Source: an uncultured virus (IMG/VR IMGVR_UViG_3300044610_000169) (Duplodnaviria > Heunggongvirae > Uroviricota > Caudoviricetes). From it: a stretch of 20,000 nucleotides of DNA. This document shows, one piece after another, positions 8,220 through 16,774 of the stretch (the first letter of the stretch is position 1; each line of letters starts with the position of its first letter). The notes below the pieces were generated by a model that ran no database searches, was not told the origin of the DNA, and was given only the letters and a program-made list of their open reading frames with translations. The stretch lies in IMG/VR virus record IMGVR_UViG_3300044610_000169; one strand, given 5' to 3'. The translations under genes were made by a program, and so were the position numbers.

Positions 8220-9350
8220 TCAAACGTTTGTGTTTTCACCAGCCACTTGCTGGGTCCGAATGTAATCTTTGATCAACGCCAAGCGATTCGATGCGCTAGA
8301 AAAGTGAACAATATAGGCGTTTTCCAGTCCATCGGCAAATCCCGAGTACCAGTATTGCCAGTTCCATCGATAATCGAGGTGCCTGAGCGAAGCCCCAAGC
8401 GCGACCAAATCGTCGATCTGCTTGCCCACCCACACTTGCTCTGCGCAGTGCATGGTGCCAATGTCAACTTCCGGTCTGCGCCAAATACCGCTGGATTCCC
8501 GGCGACACAAGACCACGCCTGAGTTGACGGAATGCTCCGTGTCCTCGATCTTGACTTTTGAGCGAGACTCGACCGATTTTCGCTCTTTCGTCATCCATTC
8601 CCGGTGCCGGTGCAGAAACTTGCTGGACTCTTCGCAAATACCGATCGATTCGGGGTACTCGTCGAAAATGGACGGCGATTGCTCTCGAACCACGCAATCG
8701 GCATCCAGGAACAGCGTTTCGTCGTACTGGCTTGCGAAATGACCCGTCCGGAACTTCTCGAGTCCCCACCAGTCCTCGGTGTCGTTGTCGAGACCGATAA
8801 AGTCGGCTCCGCACCGATCGGCGTAAGCCTGCATGAGCGGCCAAGTCTCCTTGGCTATCTGCATCATCTCAAGACCCACGGCAACAGACACGATGCAACG
8901 AGTCTTGGTCGTAGGGGGTCTGCGGTTGCGCCAAAGCACGTAGGCTCGCTCGATCGGAACGGCAGGCTTTGGGGTGTTCAGTCCTGCGCTCACTTCGTTG
9001 TGGAACTCCACGGTCCACTCAAACCACTCCTCGGGAGATCCGTACCTCGGCGGGAGTCGGATCAAAATCGCAGCAACCTTCTTGCGGCACTCGCAACCTG
9101 CTGGCATGTACCGCTTCCACTTCTCGAAAGCTTCGGGAGTCCCGAGCTCAATGCGATGCAGCTTCGACCACGCTCTGCGTCCCTCAATGGCTTTTCTAGC
9201 CTCGCGGTCAAGAATCACATTGCCACTGGTCGGCTTGACCGTCACGGTTGTCAGCCAGCCTCGCTTGCCAAGCACGGCACCACACGTGCAAACGTATGGA
9301 CGGATGTCATTCGAGCAAGCCTTATCGCAATGCGGACAGCTACACACCAC
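8220..9350 (-). CDS. Fusion protein: Cys-rich N-terminus + Erv/Alr-like sulfhydryl oxidase domain + GT-A (GT8-like) glycosyltransferase
   Basis: GTG at 9350 has AGGAGG 7 nt upstream (alternative ATG at 9377). Erv-like motifs: GRRAWSKLH, PAGCEC, WTVEFHNEV, KP. GT motifs: YADRCGADF, LFLDADCVV (DxD), NSGVVL, EQ, RWNWQ, IVHF. Confidence 0.85.
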   Translation of the reverse strand: MVCSCPHCDKACSNDIRPYVCTCGAVLGKRGWLTTVTVKPTSGNVILDREARKAIEGRRAWSKLHRIELGTPEAFEKWKRYMPAGCECRKKVAAILIRLPPRYGSPEEWFEWTVEFHNEVSAGLNTPKPAVPIERAYVLWRNRRPPTTKTRCIVSVAVGLEMMQIAKETWPLMQAYADRCGADFIGLDNDTEDWWGLEKFRTGHFASQYDETLFLDADCVVREQSPSIFDEYPESIGICEESSKFLHRHREWMTKERKSVESRSKVKIEDTEHSVNSGVVLCRRESSGIWRRPEVDIGTMHCAEQVWVGKQIDDLVALGASLRHLDYRWNWQYWYSGFADGLENAYIVHFSSASNRLALIKDYIRTQQVAGENTNV

Positions 9351-10569
9351 TGCAATCCCTCCTTGAGCAACAGTCATCGGAACTTACCGTCACATAGTAA
9401 CCACACGAACCAGTTCCGAAGATAGTGTCGCGACAAAGGCAAGCAAAATCTAGCTCGGTTATCACGTATGGACCAAAAAGGAAGCACGACTCCCCCGTCT
9501 CGCTTGCGCATCTATATTCGATCGGGTTGCGAGTGCTGGTGCCTTCACCTGTTTGCGTGCAACCACCAATGTTTGCCAAGACGTACTTGTTGATCCCTGG
9601 CTCGGCAGTGCAAGAAAACTCGACGATAAACTGACCGCAACACTGCTGTTCCTCATGCTTCCATGCGTTGTCGACTCTATCGTATTCGATCTGAAAACAA
9701 CACGGCTCGAGGTTTATCAGGCGAGCGCAATCCTCTGGATCAGGCCAAATGCAAACGTTCAGCACTGCGGGTAGTTCAATCTGGTTGTCGGTTCCTTCTT
9801 CGGTGTTGTCGTCGCAAAGGCACAATCCGCATCGCGGACAATTGCGGTTTCTGGTTTCAGGCGGATTGCTGTTGTAGTGCCGATAGAACTCAAAGTCATC
9901 AACCAGCATGTCCTCTTCGCTCATCCCGAAGCCGCTGTACCATCCATTTGCAAACAACCCAGGAGACTCCATCGACACGGAGCCAAGTACGGAATTGTCG
10001 ACACCGGCGCAGAAGCTATCTTCGTCGATCGTCGCCCAAAACCGCCTTGAGTTTCCCGTTTCAGAGAAAATTTGCAGTTCTTTCAAGATCGATTCGCTGC
10101 CCCCGCTGCCAACCCCAAGCCGAATCCAACTCCGGTCGGCGGGATCCGCAGACCCTCCCGCAGCTCCACCAAGCCGCTCGTACTCCGCGAAGTAGTACGA
10201 AGTCGCCTCGCACTCCTCCGGATCGCCCGAGACCGTCCTGACTACGTTCAGGTAGATCCGCCACTTCTGACCGTCAGAGTATTCCGAACCAGCTCGGTTC
10301 TCTTCCTCTTGAGTCACCACAGAGACGTACATGGAGCCAACTTCGTCGGGATGCTTTACGTTGCAGATCGCTTTCGCGTCTGGGACTTCGCATCTGGCTC
10401 TCCACGTTGGAGTGTCCACGATGTAGTAGTCGCCAGGAGTGTCGCACCAACCCTTGCCTAAGAACGGAGCAGAAACGCGATTGCCCAACGGAGTTCCCGT
10501 CTCGTCTCTTGTGAAGTCGTCGGAGAAGATCAGGCATTCGTCTGAACAGCAGCACTTTCGCCAAGCCAT
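9340..10569 (-). CDS. Cysteine-rich protein (about 29 Cys in 409 aa), putative virion surface/tail protein
   Basis: ATG at 10569 lies immediately after the upstream stop (10571-10573), giving MAWRKCCCSDECLIFSDDFTRD. Beta-rich/lectin-like N-terminal half (FSDDF...VDDFEFY) and Cys-dense C-terminal half. Confidence 0.8.
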   Translation of the reverse strand: MAWRKCCCSDECLIFSDDFTRDETGTPLGNRVSAPFLGKGWCDTPGDYYIVDTPTWRARCEVPDAKAICNVKHPDEVGSMYVSVVTQEEENRAGSEYSDGQKWRIYLNVVRTVSGDPEECEATSYYFAEYERLGGAAGGSADPADRSWIRLGVGSGGSESILKELQIFSETGNSRRFWATIDEDSFCAGVDNSVLGSVSMESPGLFANGWYSGFGMSEEDMLVDDFEFYRHYNSNPPETRNRNCPRCGLCLCDDNTEEGTDNQIELPAVLNVCIWPDPEDCARLINLEPCCFQIEYDRVDNAWKHEEQQCCGQFIVEFSCTAEPGINKYVLANIGGCTQTGEGTSTRNPIEYRCASETGESCFLFGPYVITELDFACLCRDTIFGTGSCGYYVTVSSDDCCSRRDCSGV

Positions 10570-10570
10570 G

Positions 10571-11356
10571 TTATGCTCCGCTACATTCGCAGTCGTTCTC
10601 GCCGCTTGGCTCGCACTCGCAAGCCTCCATCTCCTCGGGGTCGCACTTCGCATCGACGATGTAATACTTTCCTTCTTGGAACTCTACGTATCCTTTCGTG
10701 CCTGCTAGCATGCCATCGTAAACCCTGTTCGGATCGTAGATCGTTGCAGTGTGCGGCCAGTAACCCGACATTTGCCTGACGCACGCTTCGCACGAATCCG
10801 AGTCGATCAAATCCTCAGTCGACTGGAATCGAAACAACTTGTTTTCTGTGTGGACAAGTATCCAGTTGATCACCTTGCCGTTGTGATCCCGAAGGATTGC
10901 TATTTCATCCTCGAGACACTTCGGAGGACCGCCGTAGGGAGATCCGTCGACCACACCTGGGTTTTGACCAAGCCGCCACTTAACCTCGACAGGCGACGGC
11001 GGTACGTAATGTACGTCGATATCTGCCGTCCCTTGGGTTGGCAGGAAAGCTGGAAAAACCTCTCCGATGCGGTATCGCTTGGCTCCACCAGAGGTCACGC
11101 GACACCCAAAAGGCTTGGCTACCGATATCCCAGGCTTCTCGGCGCTGTTCTCTTTGTAGTCGATGAACTTCAGGATCCTCGGATCGAACCCGCGGCAAAC
11201 GACGTAGTTCGGATATTTGTCCTCGCACGCCACCTGCATCATCGCACAGTACGACCAATCGCCATGCACTTGCAAATCGTCGTGATCGCCACGCATCGCG
11301 TTGTACGGCGGCGGTACTTGAAACCCTGGCGTTGGACGTCGTCTTTTACGAAACAT
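10571..11356 (-). CDS. Hypothetical Cys-containing virion-module protein (12 Cys, acidic CEC-repeat tail)
   Basis: 261-aa ORF separated by 1 nt from each neighbour; ends AKCDPEEMEACECEPSGENDCECSGA. Confidence 0.8.
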   Translation of the reverse strand: MFRKRRRPTPGFQVPPPYNAMRGDHDDLQVHGDWSYCAMMQVACEDKYPNYVVCRGFDPRILKFIDYKENSAEKPGISVAKPFGCRVTSGGAKRYRIGEVFPAFLPTQGTADIDVHYVPPSPVEVKWRLGQNPGVVDGSPYGGPPKCLEDEIAILRDHNGKVINWILVHTENKLFRFQSTEDLIDSDSCEACVRQMSGYWPHTATIYDPNRVYDGMLAGTKGYVEFQEGKYYIVDAKCDPEEMEACECEPSGENDCECSGA

Positions 11357-11357
11357 C

Positions 11358-13367
11358 TTAGTTTGGCGTCAGCCAACCCCCTCCACTGTCCCCGAGTCCT
11401 GCAATCATCTTCGCCATGTCGTTCCATTCAGGTCCGATGTCCTGGCGGCGCTCGACGAATGCGTAGACCGCCATAAGCAACTTGTTCCGCTCGTCCAACT
11501 GGTAGGTCATCAGCCGCATGTTCTCAGCGGCAACACCCTTCCAGCCTTCGAGACGCTGAACCTTTGCGTTGACCATCTCGGCAATCGCACGGTGCTTGTG
11601 ATCAGCAAGCGTGTTGGCGTTCTGCATGAGAAGCACGGCGTATCGTTCTTTGCCAGACATCAGCGAGGTCAAAGCAGCTTGTAGTTGCGACAACAGGGTG
11701 TGCTTCTCGGACATCTCCACCTTGGTCACATCCTGAGCCGAAACATACTGACGCTGGATTCCCTCAAGGAACTGAGCCTCGATCTGCTGGATCCGCTCAT
11801 AACGTCGGTTGGCTTCTTCCGTACTCCACTTGGCGAACACATCCCGAAGTTGGTAAATCCGATCGACCGAATCGATTGTCCGCTGTCTGACATCCTGGAG
11901 TTTGCCGTACATGTTCGAAGCAATCTCGACACCGTACTTGGAGTTCGAGTCCTTGGCAGCAAATATCGCCTGCCGACCAGCTAGGATCCGGTTGGTGGCA
12001 TCGCTGCGGAGCGAGTAGATACTATTGACAAGCGAGGCTTGGTATCTGATCACTTCCTGGCGAACTGAATGCAACCGATCGGTGCCATCCAGCCGCCGTG
12101 ACCGCATTGCAACTTGCTGCTCGTAAAGCTTGTGCTGGTTGTCCAGTTTTTCGCGGTTCAAGCGGTCGTTAAGTTCTTGGATATTCTCGTCACGGTCCCT
12201 GGTGTTGCGAGCCGTGATGTCGACCGGAATTGTCGACGTGTACAATCCTTTGCTTACCAGCATTTGCATTTGAGACGAAAGGCTACCTGCGAACTGCTCG
12301 TTGATCCTGGCTAAATCCGTCTGTCCGAGGTTGACTAGGAAGTTTCGAGCGATCGGTGCGTGCGTTTCGTAGTCGGTTTGAAGCAGAATCAGTATCGCGT
12401 TGTAGTCTCCCGCATACTGAGAAACCAAACTTCCCGTTTGCGTGCTGAGTGCATCAAGATCTTCTGCCACCTGTTCGTAGTCAGTCTCAAGCAACGTGAG
12501 TATCGCATCTACTTGCGCAACGTAGATATCAACGTTCGCCTGGACCAACGCGAGTTGTGACGCGATGTCAGCCGCGTGAGCCGTGTAGTTGGTCGCCAGG
12601 ATGCCGAACTGCTGGCTGTAATCTGCGATATGGCTATCGAGGTCGGAGTCGAGGGATGAGATCTTCGACAAGACATCACCCAGGTACGTTGCAAAGTTCT
12701 GGTCGAGCTCCGCAAGTTTGCTGTTGTAGTTATTGACGAATGTCGCCAAGTTCGCGGCTTGTACGGTGAAAAGCGATTCAATCTCCGAAGCGTTGTCAGT
12801 GGCATTGGTCTCCAGGTCGCCAAGCCTATCGAGCATTTCCCCCAACGCAATCTTGGAGTTGTTTGCGTCGATGACAATCTGAGCCTGATTGTCGTTAATC
12901 ATCGCCTCGATCGCGTTCATGTACTCATCGAGGTCGGACAAGAACACACCTGACTGCGCGTTTTGCTCGGCGATCTGAGCGTCAAATTGGACTTGAGAAC
13001 TGTCGACCATCACCTGCATGTTTTCAAGTATCTCTTTGTACCTGATCTGGTTTTGATTTCTCGCGTTGTTTGCCTCGACGGTGTAGGAGTTACAAAGAGC
13101 CAACAAGACCCCAGGTGGATACAAGCCTTGCTTCTTAACCGAGAAGTAATTTGTCGGAGGGACGGTGGTGTTGTCTTGTCGAATGTTCGTGATCTCGAAC
13201 CCCTGTGCGACAAGCCACCCCATAACGTTTTCTGGGATGTCAGAGAGCGTTTGCGTTGTGAACCATTGCGAAACCTCGATAAACGGATTAGCAATGCTTG
13301 GTAACTGCCAGAAGTTTTGGTTCGGATCAACCTCTGGTACTGCCAATACGTCATTTTCAGTCGACAT
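11358..13367 (-). CDS. Long alpha-helical/coiled-coil protein (putative internal virion/ejection protein)
   Basis: 669-aa ORF with AGGTGG upstream of the ATG, proline-poor helical composition and 18-residue periodic repeats. Confidence 0.85.
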   Translation of the reverse strand: MSTENDVLAVPEVDPNQNFWQLPSIANPFIEVSQWFTTQTLSDIPENVMGWLVAQGFEITNIRQDNTTVPPTNYFSVKKQGLYPPGVLLALCNSYTVEANNARNQNQIRYKEILENMQVMVDSSQVQFDAQIAEQNAQSGVFLSDLDEYMNAIEAMINDNQAQIVIDANNSKIALGEMLDRLGDLETNATDNASEIESLFTVQAANLATFVNNYNSKLAELDQNFATYLGDVLSKISSLDSDLDSHIADYSQQFGILATNYTAHAADIASQLALVQANVDIYVAQVDAILTLLETDYEQVAEDLDALSTQTGSLVSQYAGDYNAILILLQTDYETHAPIARNFLVNLGQTDLARINEQFAGSLSSQMQMLVSKGLYTSTIPVDITARNTRDRDENIQELNDRLNREKLDNQHKLYEQQVAMRSRRLDGTDRLHSVRQEVIRYQASLVNSIYSLRSDATNRILAGRQAIFAAKDSNSKYGVEIASNMYGKLQDVRQRTIDSVDRIYQLRDVFAKWSTEEANRRYERIQQIEAQFLEGIQRQYVSAQDVTKVEMSEKHTLLSQLQAALTSLMSGKERYAVLLMQNANTLADHKHRAIAEMVNAKVQRLEGWKGVAAENMRLMTYQLDERNKLLMAVYAFVERRQDIGPEWNDMAKMIAGLGDSGGGWLTPN
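12351..12728 (-). repeat. Seven degenerate 18-aa helical repeats
   Basis: YNSKLAELDQNFATYLGD / VLSKISSLDSDLDSHIAD / YSQQFGILATNYTAHAAD / IASQLALVQANVDIYVAQ / VDAILTLLETDYEQVAED / LDALSTQTGSLVSQYAGD / YNAILILLQTDYETHAPI. Confidence 0.65.
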
Positions 13368-13382
13368 AATCCACCTATTTCG

Positions 13383-15521
13383 TTAAGCGTTTGCAGCCTT
13401 GGCTGTCATGTCAAATACTGTCCAGGTGTCAATCGCAGAGCAAAAACACCGAACCCCCTTGCTAGCTGGGATAACAATACCTGCGTTTGCTGCTTGACCG
13501 TTCAACACCCCAGTTGTTGCAGGGTACAGCTTCGCAGCAGTCGCACTGGTGTTGATCACTTCCATGATGTCACCTGGAGCACCAGTCGGCAACTTCACCC
13601 CTTTAGCTGCACTATCCGAGGTAATGTACGTCGTGTTGGTCGCCGCCAACGCTGCCGCATCCAAGTAAGTGCTTCCAGTTGCCGCAGTTGCTATTGCTGT
13701 GGAACTGGACGAAGGAGCCCAAGTTCCGTCTCCACGCAAGAACTGCCTTGTATTGTTGCTCAGTTTCGGCAAAAGACCGTGCGCAGACGAGGTGGCGTTC
13801 AGGTCAGTGTTGTCGTCGCAAGCCGTGAAATCGTCAAGTTTGATCGTCTTGGCATCGAGTAAATAGCGGCTGTCCCACAGATCGCCAACAGTCAGCTTTC
13901 GAGGCGTGCCTGAGTTTAGCATGTACAGAATATCAGCGTCAATCGCAGTGGTCGCAGCCGTCAACCCTGTCACATAAGCAGGCAGCGCTGACCAGAAGTG
14001 TGATCGAAGATCTGCGAGCGTGACTTTTGTGTTTGACGCTCCCTCGTCGACAAGGAACAGATCGCCATCGGAAAGTGCTGCTGCCGTCAACGCACCCACA
14101 TCGATGCTGCTCGTCACAATGCCAGCAACGTAGGTAGCAAGAGCTCCAACGTCCAGTTTGTAACTCGTCGTGCTTCGTCGCATCCACAGGTCATCGCCAG
14201 CCTGAACCGCAGGACTTGCATCAGCCTTATCCCACATCTCGGTTTCGATGTAGGACGCAATGTTTGCTCCAGTGATCCTCTTGGGGGTGGTCCCTTCGAT
14301 GACATAGAACGTGTCGGCGTCCTCGAGTGCCGTCAAAGCAGTCAAGCCAGACACGTAAGCCTGAAAATCCACCCAAAGCTTCGTTTCAAGTTCCGCTAGG
14401 GTGGCTTTCTTGGCTGTTGAACCATCCCCGACCAGGAATAGCGATCCCGAGGCAAGCGAAGCACTCGTCAAGCCGGTGAGATCAAGAACGCTCGCCTGAA
14501 TGCCTACGAGAGCAAATGTCTTGAGCTGGTCAACCGTGACGCTAAAAGTGGTCCCACCCCTGCCGATCGTAATCTTGTCGCCAGTTGCCACTGGGTTCCC
14601 GCTTGCTGCCGACCATCCAGAAGCCAGGACATAGGTAGCCAACTGGCCGATATCCATTTTGTTCTGCACTCCCGATCGAAAGATCAGGAAGTTGTCTCCA
14701 GCCACTCCGCTACCCGCACTCGCCGCACTATCCTGAGTACCTACAACGTATGACGCGAGATTTGCTCCAGTTGCCGTCCTTCCTGTTCCGCTTCGCTCGA
14801 GAAGGAACACATCGGTTGCGTTCGCCGCCGCTCCGAGCGCCGAGTAAGTATCCCACGCACCTGAAACAACGCTAGCACCGACTTTTCCTTGCACATAGGT
14901 TGCAATCGTTTGCGCTGTTACCTTGCTTGCCACCCCACTATCGCTCACATAGAACGTGTCCGCATCAGCGAGCGTTGCAACAGCCGAAAGACCAGCAACA
15001 TACGCTAGGAACTGCGAGTGGACCCTTGCTGCAATGTCAGCAAACGTAGTCTTGCGTGCAGTCGTGGTTTGCGCAACGACGTACTGATCCGTGTCAGCCA
15101 ATGTTGCAGCAGACAAGCTGGCGATTTGATTCCCGAGGGAAACAGCCGAGGAGTTGAGGAACGTCTTGACGTTATCGATATCGATCTGCTTGAGAATGCC
15201 GCCGTCGTTGAACACCAACTTGTCGCCAGAGACGATCGTCGTGCTCGTTTCAATCGCTTCGAGTTTATCCACCACCCAATTGAAGAAGTTCTGAGCCGTG
15301 ATGATCTTTTCGATGTCCGATTGAAACACGTTGAGTTCATCGGCGTCAGCAACCGTTGTGATCACTGGAGCTTGATGGAGCGTGTCAACGACAAACGCAG
15401 CAAGCAATGTCGCCGTGACATGACGAGACGTCGTGCCGTCAAGCACCGGAACCTTTTCTGGTCCCGTAAGCGTATCGACTGGCAAGCCAGCAATCCATTC
15501 GGAGAATGTCACATCAGGCAC
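13383..15521 (-). CDS. Tail fibre-like protein with 13 tandem 39-50 aa repeats
   Basis: 712 aa, GTG start with GGAGGT upstream. Repeats of the type ATLADADTFYVSDSGVASKVTAQTIATYV, then the fibre-type motif HGLLPKL...FLRGDGTW and a small C-terminal beta domain. Confidence 0.85.
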   Translation of the reverse strand: MPDVTFSEWIAGLPVDTLTGPEKVPVLDGTTSRHVTATLLAAFVVDTLHQAPVITTVADADELNVFQSDIEKIITAQNFFNWVVDKLEAIETSTTIVSGDKLVFNDGGILKQIDIDNVKTFLNSSAVSLGNQIASLSAATLADTDQYVVAQTTTARKTTFADIAARVHSQFLAYVAGLSAVATLADADTFYVSDSGVASKVTAQTIATYVQGKVGASVVSGAWDTYSALGAAANATDVFLLERSGTGRTATGANLASYVVGTQDSAASAGSGVAGDNFLIFRSGVQNKMDIGQLATYVLASGWSAASGNPVATGDKITIGRGGTTFSVTVDQLKTFALVGIQASVLDLTGLTSASLASGSLFLVGDGSTAKKATLAELETKLWVDFQAYVSGLTALTALEDADTFYVIEGTTPKRITGANIASYIETEMWDKADASPAVQAGDDLWMRRSTTSYKLDVGALATYVAGIVTSSIDVGALTAAALSDGDLFLVDEGASNTKVTLADLRSHFWSALPAYVTGLTAATTAIDADILYMLNSGTPRKLTVGDLWDSRYLLDAKTIKLDDFTACDDNTDLNATSSAHGLLPKLSNNTRQFLRGDGTWAPSSSSTAIATAATGSTYLDAAALAATNTTYITSDSAAKGVKLPTGAPGDIMEVINTSATAAKLYPATTGVLNGQAANAGIVIPASKGVRCFCSAIDTWTVFDMTAKAANA
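13865..15485 (-). repeat. 13 degenerate protein-level tandem repeats in the fibre gene
   Basis: Consensus approximately xxLxxxD-x-h-h-h-xxxG-xxx-K-h-T-h-xx-L-xx-Y/F-V, counted 13 times in the translation. Confidence 0.8.
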
Positions 15522-15524
15522 GAT

Positions 15525-16766
15525 CTACCTCCACGCCCCAGAAGGCTCTATCACTGCACTCGCACCTTCCCACGCCCAGTTGCCACTTGCAGCCGAGATG
15601 AGCAGGATCATGTATTTACCCCTGGCGCGAGGGTAGCAACGGTGATTTACACCTGCCGTCCAAACGCCGCTACTGTGAACATTCGATGGCGTAGTGCCAG
15701 CAACCAAAGCCTCAATCGCCGCTTTGGCGTTGATGCTCACTTGCTCTGCCGTATCAGCCACCATAACCCTCCAGGTGACATTCACACTCCCAGAAGCGGT
15801 GATGCCATGCAACTGAATCAACCTGCCGTAGCTGTTGCTGTTCCCGAGTTGAATTGGACCAAGAGCGACATGCGAGCTGGAGTTCCCAACCTTGAACGGC
15901 CAGAACCCCATGCGCTCGGTATCGAACATCCAGGAAACCGCCGCTGACGGTATATGAATGCGCACCGATCGAGTTTCGTGGTCGTATTCCAGCACCGTGG
16001 ACGCATCGGCAACCCCAGTGAGTTGCTCAGGGACAACATCCTCGGAAATTGCTTGCAGACCGTCACCAGACGCCGACACGGTGTAAAGACCATGCGACGA
16101 CAGGAAGTAGTACCGATCAAGGTGATCACGGCACCAAGCCTTTGGACCCACCATGCCGACTTCTCGAGAAACGTTTCGCAACGTTCCATCAGCAGTCGGA
16201 TCCCCCTGAACCACCCAAAGCGAACCGCTCGTTGCCGCCAACAGATAAGCGTCTTTGTGCGGAATCAGTGCCACAATGTCAGTTCCGATCTCTCCAGCCT
16301 CGGACAACTGGATAACGAACGGACGCGCCATGTCGCTGACGTCAGCACTCAACGACCAATCGGTGTAAACGCTCTGCCGGCTAGCGAAGATAATCCTTCC
16401 CGAAGGACGGATGAATCGATCGCGATAGACGCACTGAGCACCGTGAGACGCCGGAGCGTTCGATCCTGGATCTACGTAAACCACCCCGCCACTGTGGACC
16501 GCAGCAACACCAGAGCTCGCAACAATGCGATTCCCGCTGTCGTCTACAATCGCATTGCTACCGCTGGCAAAGTAGTTGCTTTGTGTCGCAGGCACCGATC
16601 CAGCAGCAGTAGGCGACCAAGATCCACCACGAAGGCGACCCTGGAAGTCCTCCATGCGACAATTGACAGACCAAGGACTGAAATACCGATCGCGCCTGCC
16701 CACTTCTTGACGAAATGAGAAGCGTCGATTCACGCCCGAGGGGAATAGTATCTCTTTGGTTGGCAT
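15525..16766 (-). CDS. Putative tail nozzle / DNA stabilisation protein (P22 gp10 / T7 gp12-like beta-propeller)
   Basis: The likely start ATG 16766 (MPTKEILFPSGV) follows the upstream stop. Propeller-like blades (IVALIPHKDAYLLAATSGSLWVVQGDP; VSREVGMVGPKAW; YYFLSSHGLY). Positioned downstream of the adaptor-like gene. Confidence 0.7.
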   Translation of the reverse strand: MPTKEILFPSGVNRRFSFRQEVGRRDRYFSPWSVNCRMEDFQGRLRGGSWSPTAAGSVPATQSNYFASGSNAIVDDSGNRIVASSGVAAVHSGGVVYVDPGSNAPASHGAQCVYRDRFIRPSGRIIFASRQSVYTDWSLSADVSDMARPFVIQLSEAGEIGTDIVALIPHKDAYLLAATSGSLWVVQGDPTADGTLRNVSREVGMVGPKAWCRDHLDRYYFLSSHGLYTVSASGDGLQAISEDVVPEQLTGVADASTVLEYDHETRSVRIHIPSAAVSWMFDTERMGFWPFKVGNSSSHVALGPIQLGNSNSYGRLIQLHGITASGSVNVTWRVMVADTAEQVSINAKAAIEALVAGTTPSNVHSSGVWTAGVNHRCYPRARGKYMILLISAASGNWAWEGASAVIEPSGAWR

Positions 16767-16774
16767 GTCAACGA

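Noticed and set aside
8220..9350. Eukaryotic giant-virus origin suggested by the Erv and SHD1 domains
   Set aside because: Shine-Dalgarno motifs, GTG starts, ATGA/TAATG overlaps and tailed-phage adaptor/nozzle/fibre-like genes indicate a prokaryotic virus.
10570..10653. ORF-track upstream start (10653) for the Cys-rich gene
   Set aside because: It would overlap the upstream gene by more than 80 nt; ATG 10569 abuts the upstream stop.
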